64,000 nt of DNA from Polyangiales bacterium (GTDB taxonomy: Bacteria; Myxococcota_A; Polyangia; Polyangiales; Ga0077539), in contig JBGARZ010000003.1 in the NCBI GenBank assembly GCA_044229975.1, forward strand, positions 32,001 to 96,000. The letters are read 5' to 3'. Of this stretch, positions 63,463-64,000 are shown in pieces. A program made the translations under genes and the position numbers. The first letter of the stretch is position 1. Each line of letters starts with the position of its first letter. The notes under the pieces are model-generated. The model saw only the letters and a program-made list of their open reading frames with translations, had not been told where the DNA came from and did no database searches.

Positions 63463-64000
63463 CTACGCGCGCTCGAAGACCGTCGCGATGCCCTGCCCCA
63501 CGCCGATGCAGAGGGAGGCCGCGCCGTAGCGGAGGCCCTGCCGTCGCATGCGGTGCAGGAGCGTGGCGACGATGCGTGCACCCGACGACCCGATGGGGTG
63601 GCCGAGCGCGATGGCGCCGCCGTCGGGGTTGACCCGCGCGGGGTCGAGGCGGAGCGCGTCGATGCAGGCGAGCGCCTGCGCCGCGAAGGCTTCGTTGAGC
63701 TCGACGGTGTCGAGGGCGTCGACCGCGAGACCCGCGCGCGCGAGGGCCTGCGTCATCGCGGGAATGGGGCCGAGGCCCATGAGCCCAGGCTCGACGCCCG
63801 CGACGGCATTGGAGACGACACGCGCCAGTGGTGTGAGCCCGTGCGCGCGGACGAAGGCTTCGGACGCAACGAGCACGGCCGAGGCGCCGTCGTTGATGGG
63901 CGACGAGTTGCCCGCCGTGACCGAGCCGTCCTTGCGGAAGATGGGGGAGAGCTTCGCGAGCTGTTCGAGGGAGGCGTCGGCGCGCACCGACTCGTCGGCG
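63463..64000 (-). CDS. Thiolase (acetyl-CoA C-acyltransferase), 3' part; start outside window
   Basis: TAGNSSPINDGA, ELNEAFAAQ, GGAIALGHPIG, LCIGVGQG. Confidence 0.95.
   Translation of the reverse strand, partial: ADESVRADASLEQLAKLSPIFRKDGSVTAGNSSPINDGASAVLVASEAFVRAHGLTPLARVVSNAVAGVEPGLMGLGPIPAMTQALARAGLAVDALDTVELNEAFAAQALACIDALRLDPARVNPDGGAIALGHPIGSSGARIVATLLHRMRRQGLRYGAASLCIGVGQGIATVFERA

Overview
Very GC-rich chromosomal segment whose gene content points to Myxococcota (Polyangia-like): three sigma54 enhancer-binding regulators, a Uma2 protein, many Cys-containing lipoproteins, and a PilR-like gene next to a probable pilin. About 50 genes are supported. Housekeeping genes: hutU-hutI, ileS-lspA-lgt, lysC, ettA, acnA, tRNA-Leu(TAG), a queuosine-precursor transporter and a thiolase. 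Envelope and signalling genes: two tandem GT-C (ArnT/PMT-like) glycosyltransferases, a GldAFG/DUF4340 ABC module, FG-GAP, VWA and repeat-domain lipoproteins, and two-component systems. I found no integrase, transposase, prophage or CRISPR array. The most unusual observations: (1) a Tat-exported protein with FAM20C/Four-jointed-type secretory kinase motifs, converging on a YbjN/T3SS-chaperone-fold gene; (2) an IleRS in which HIGH reads HHGH and KMSKS reads PYAKN followed by a ~60-aa insertion; (3) an orphan, coupled gene pair resembling FtsH-ternary conflict-system components, upstream of a stand-alone lysine-ketoglutarate-reductase-like gene; (4) a DUF1054-like domain fused to a NusG-CTD-like KOW domain; (5) a 32-bp inverted-repeat element beside a DUF4058 gene; (6) two lipoproteins built from seven copies of a two-Cys domain. 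All family assignments come from motif recognition by eye, not database searches. Several start codons were moved downstream of the ORF-track starts.
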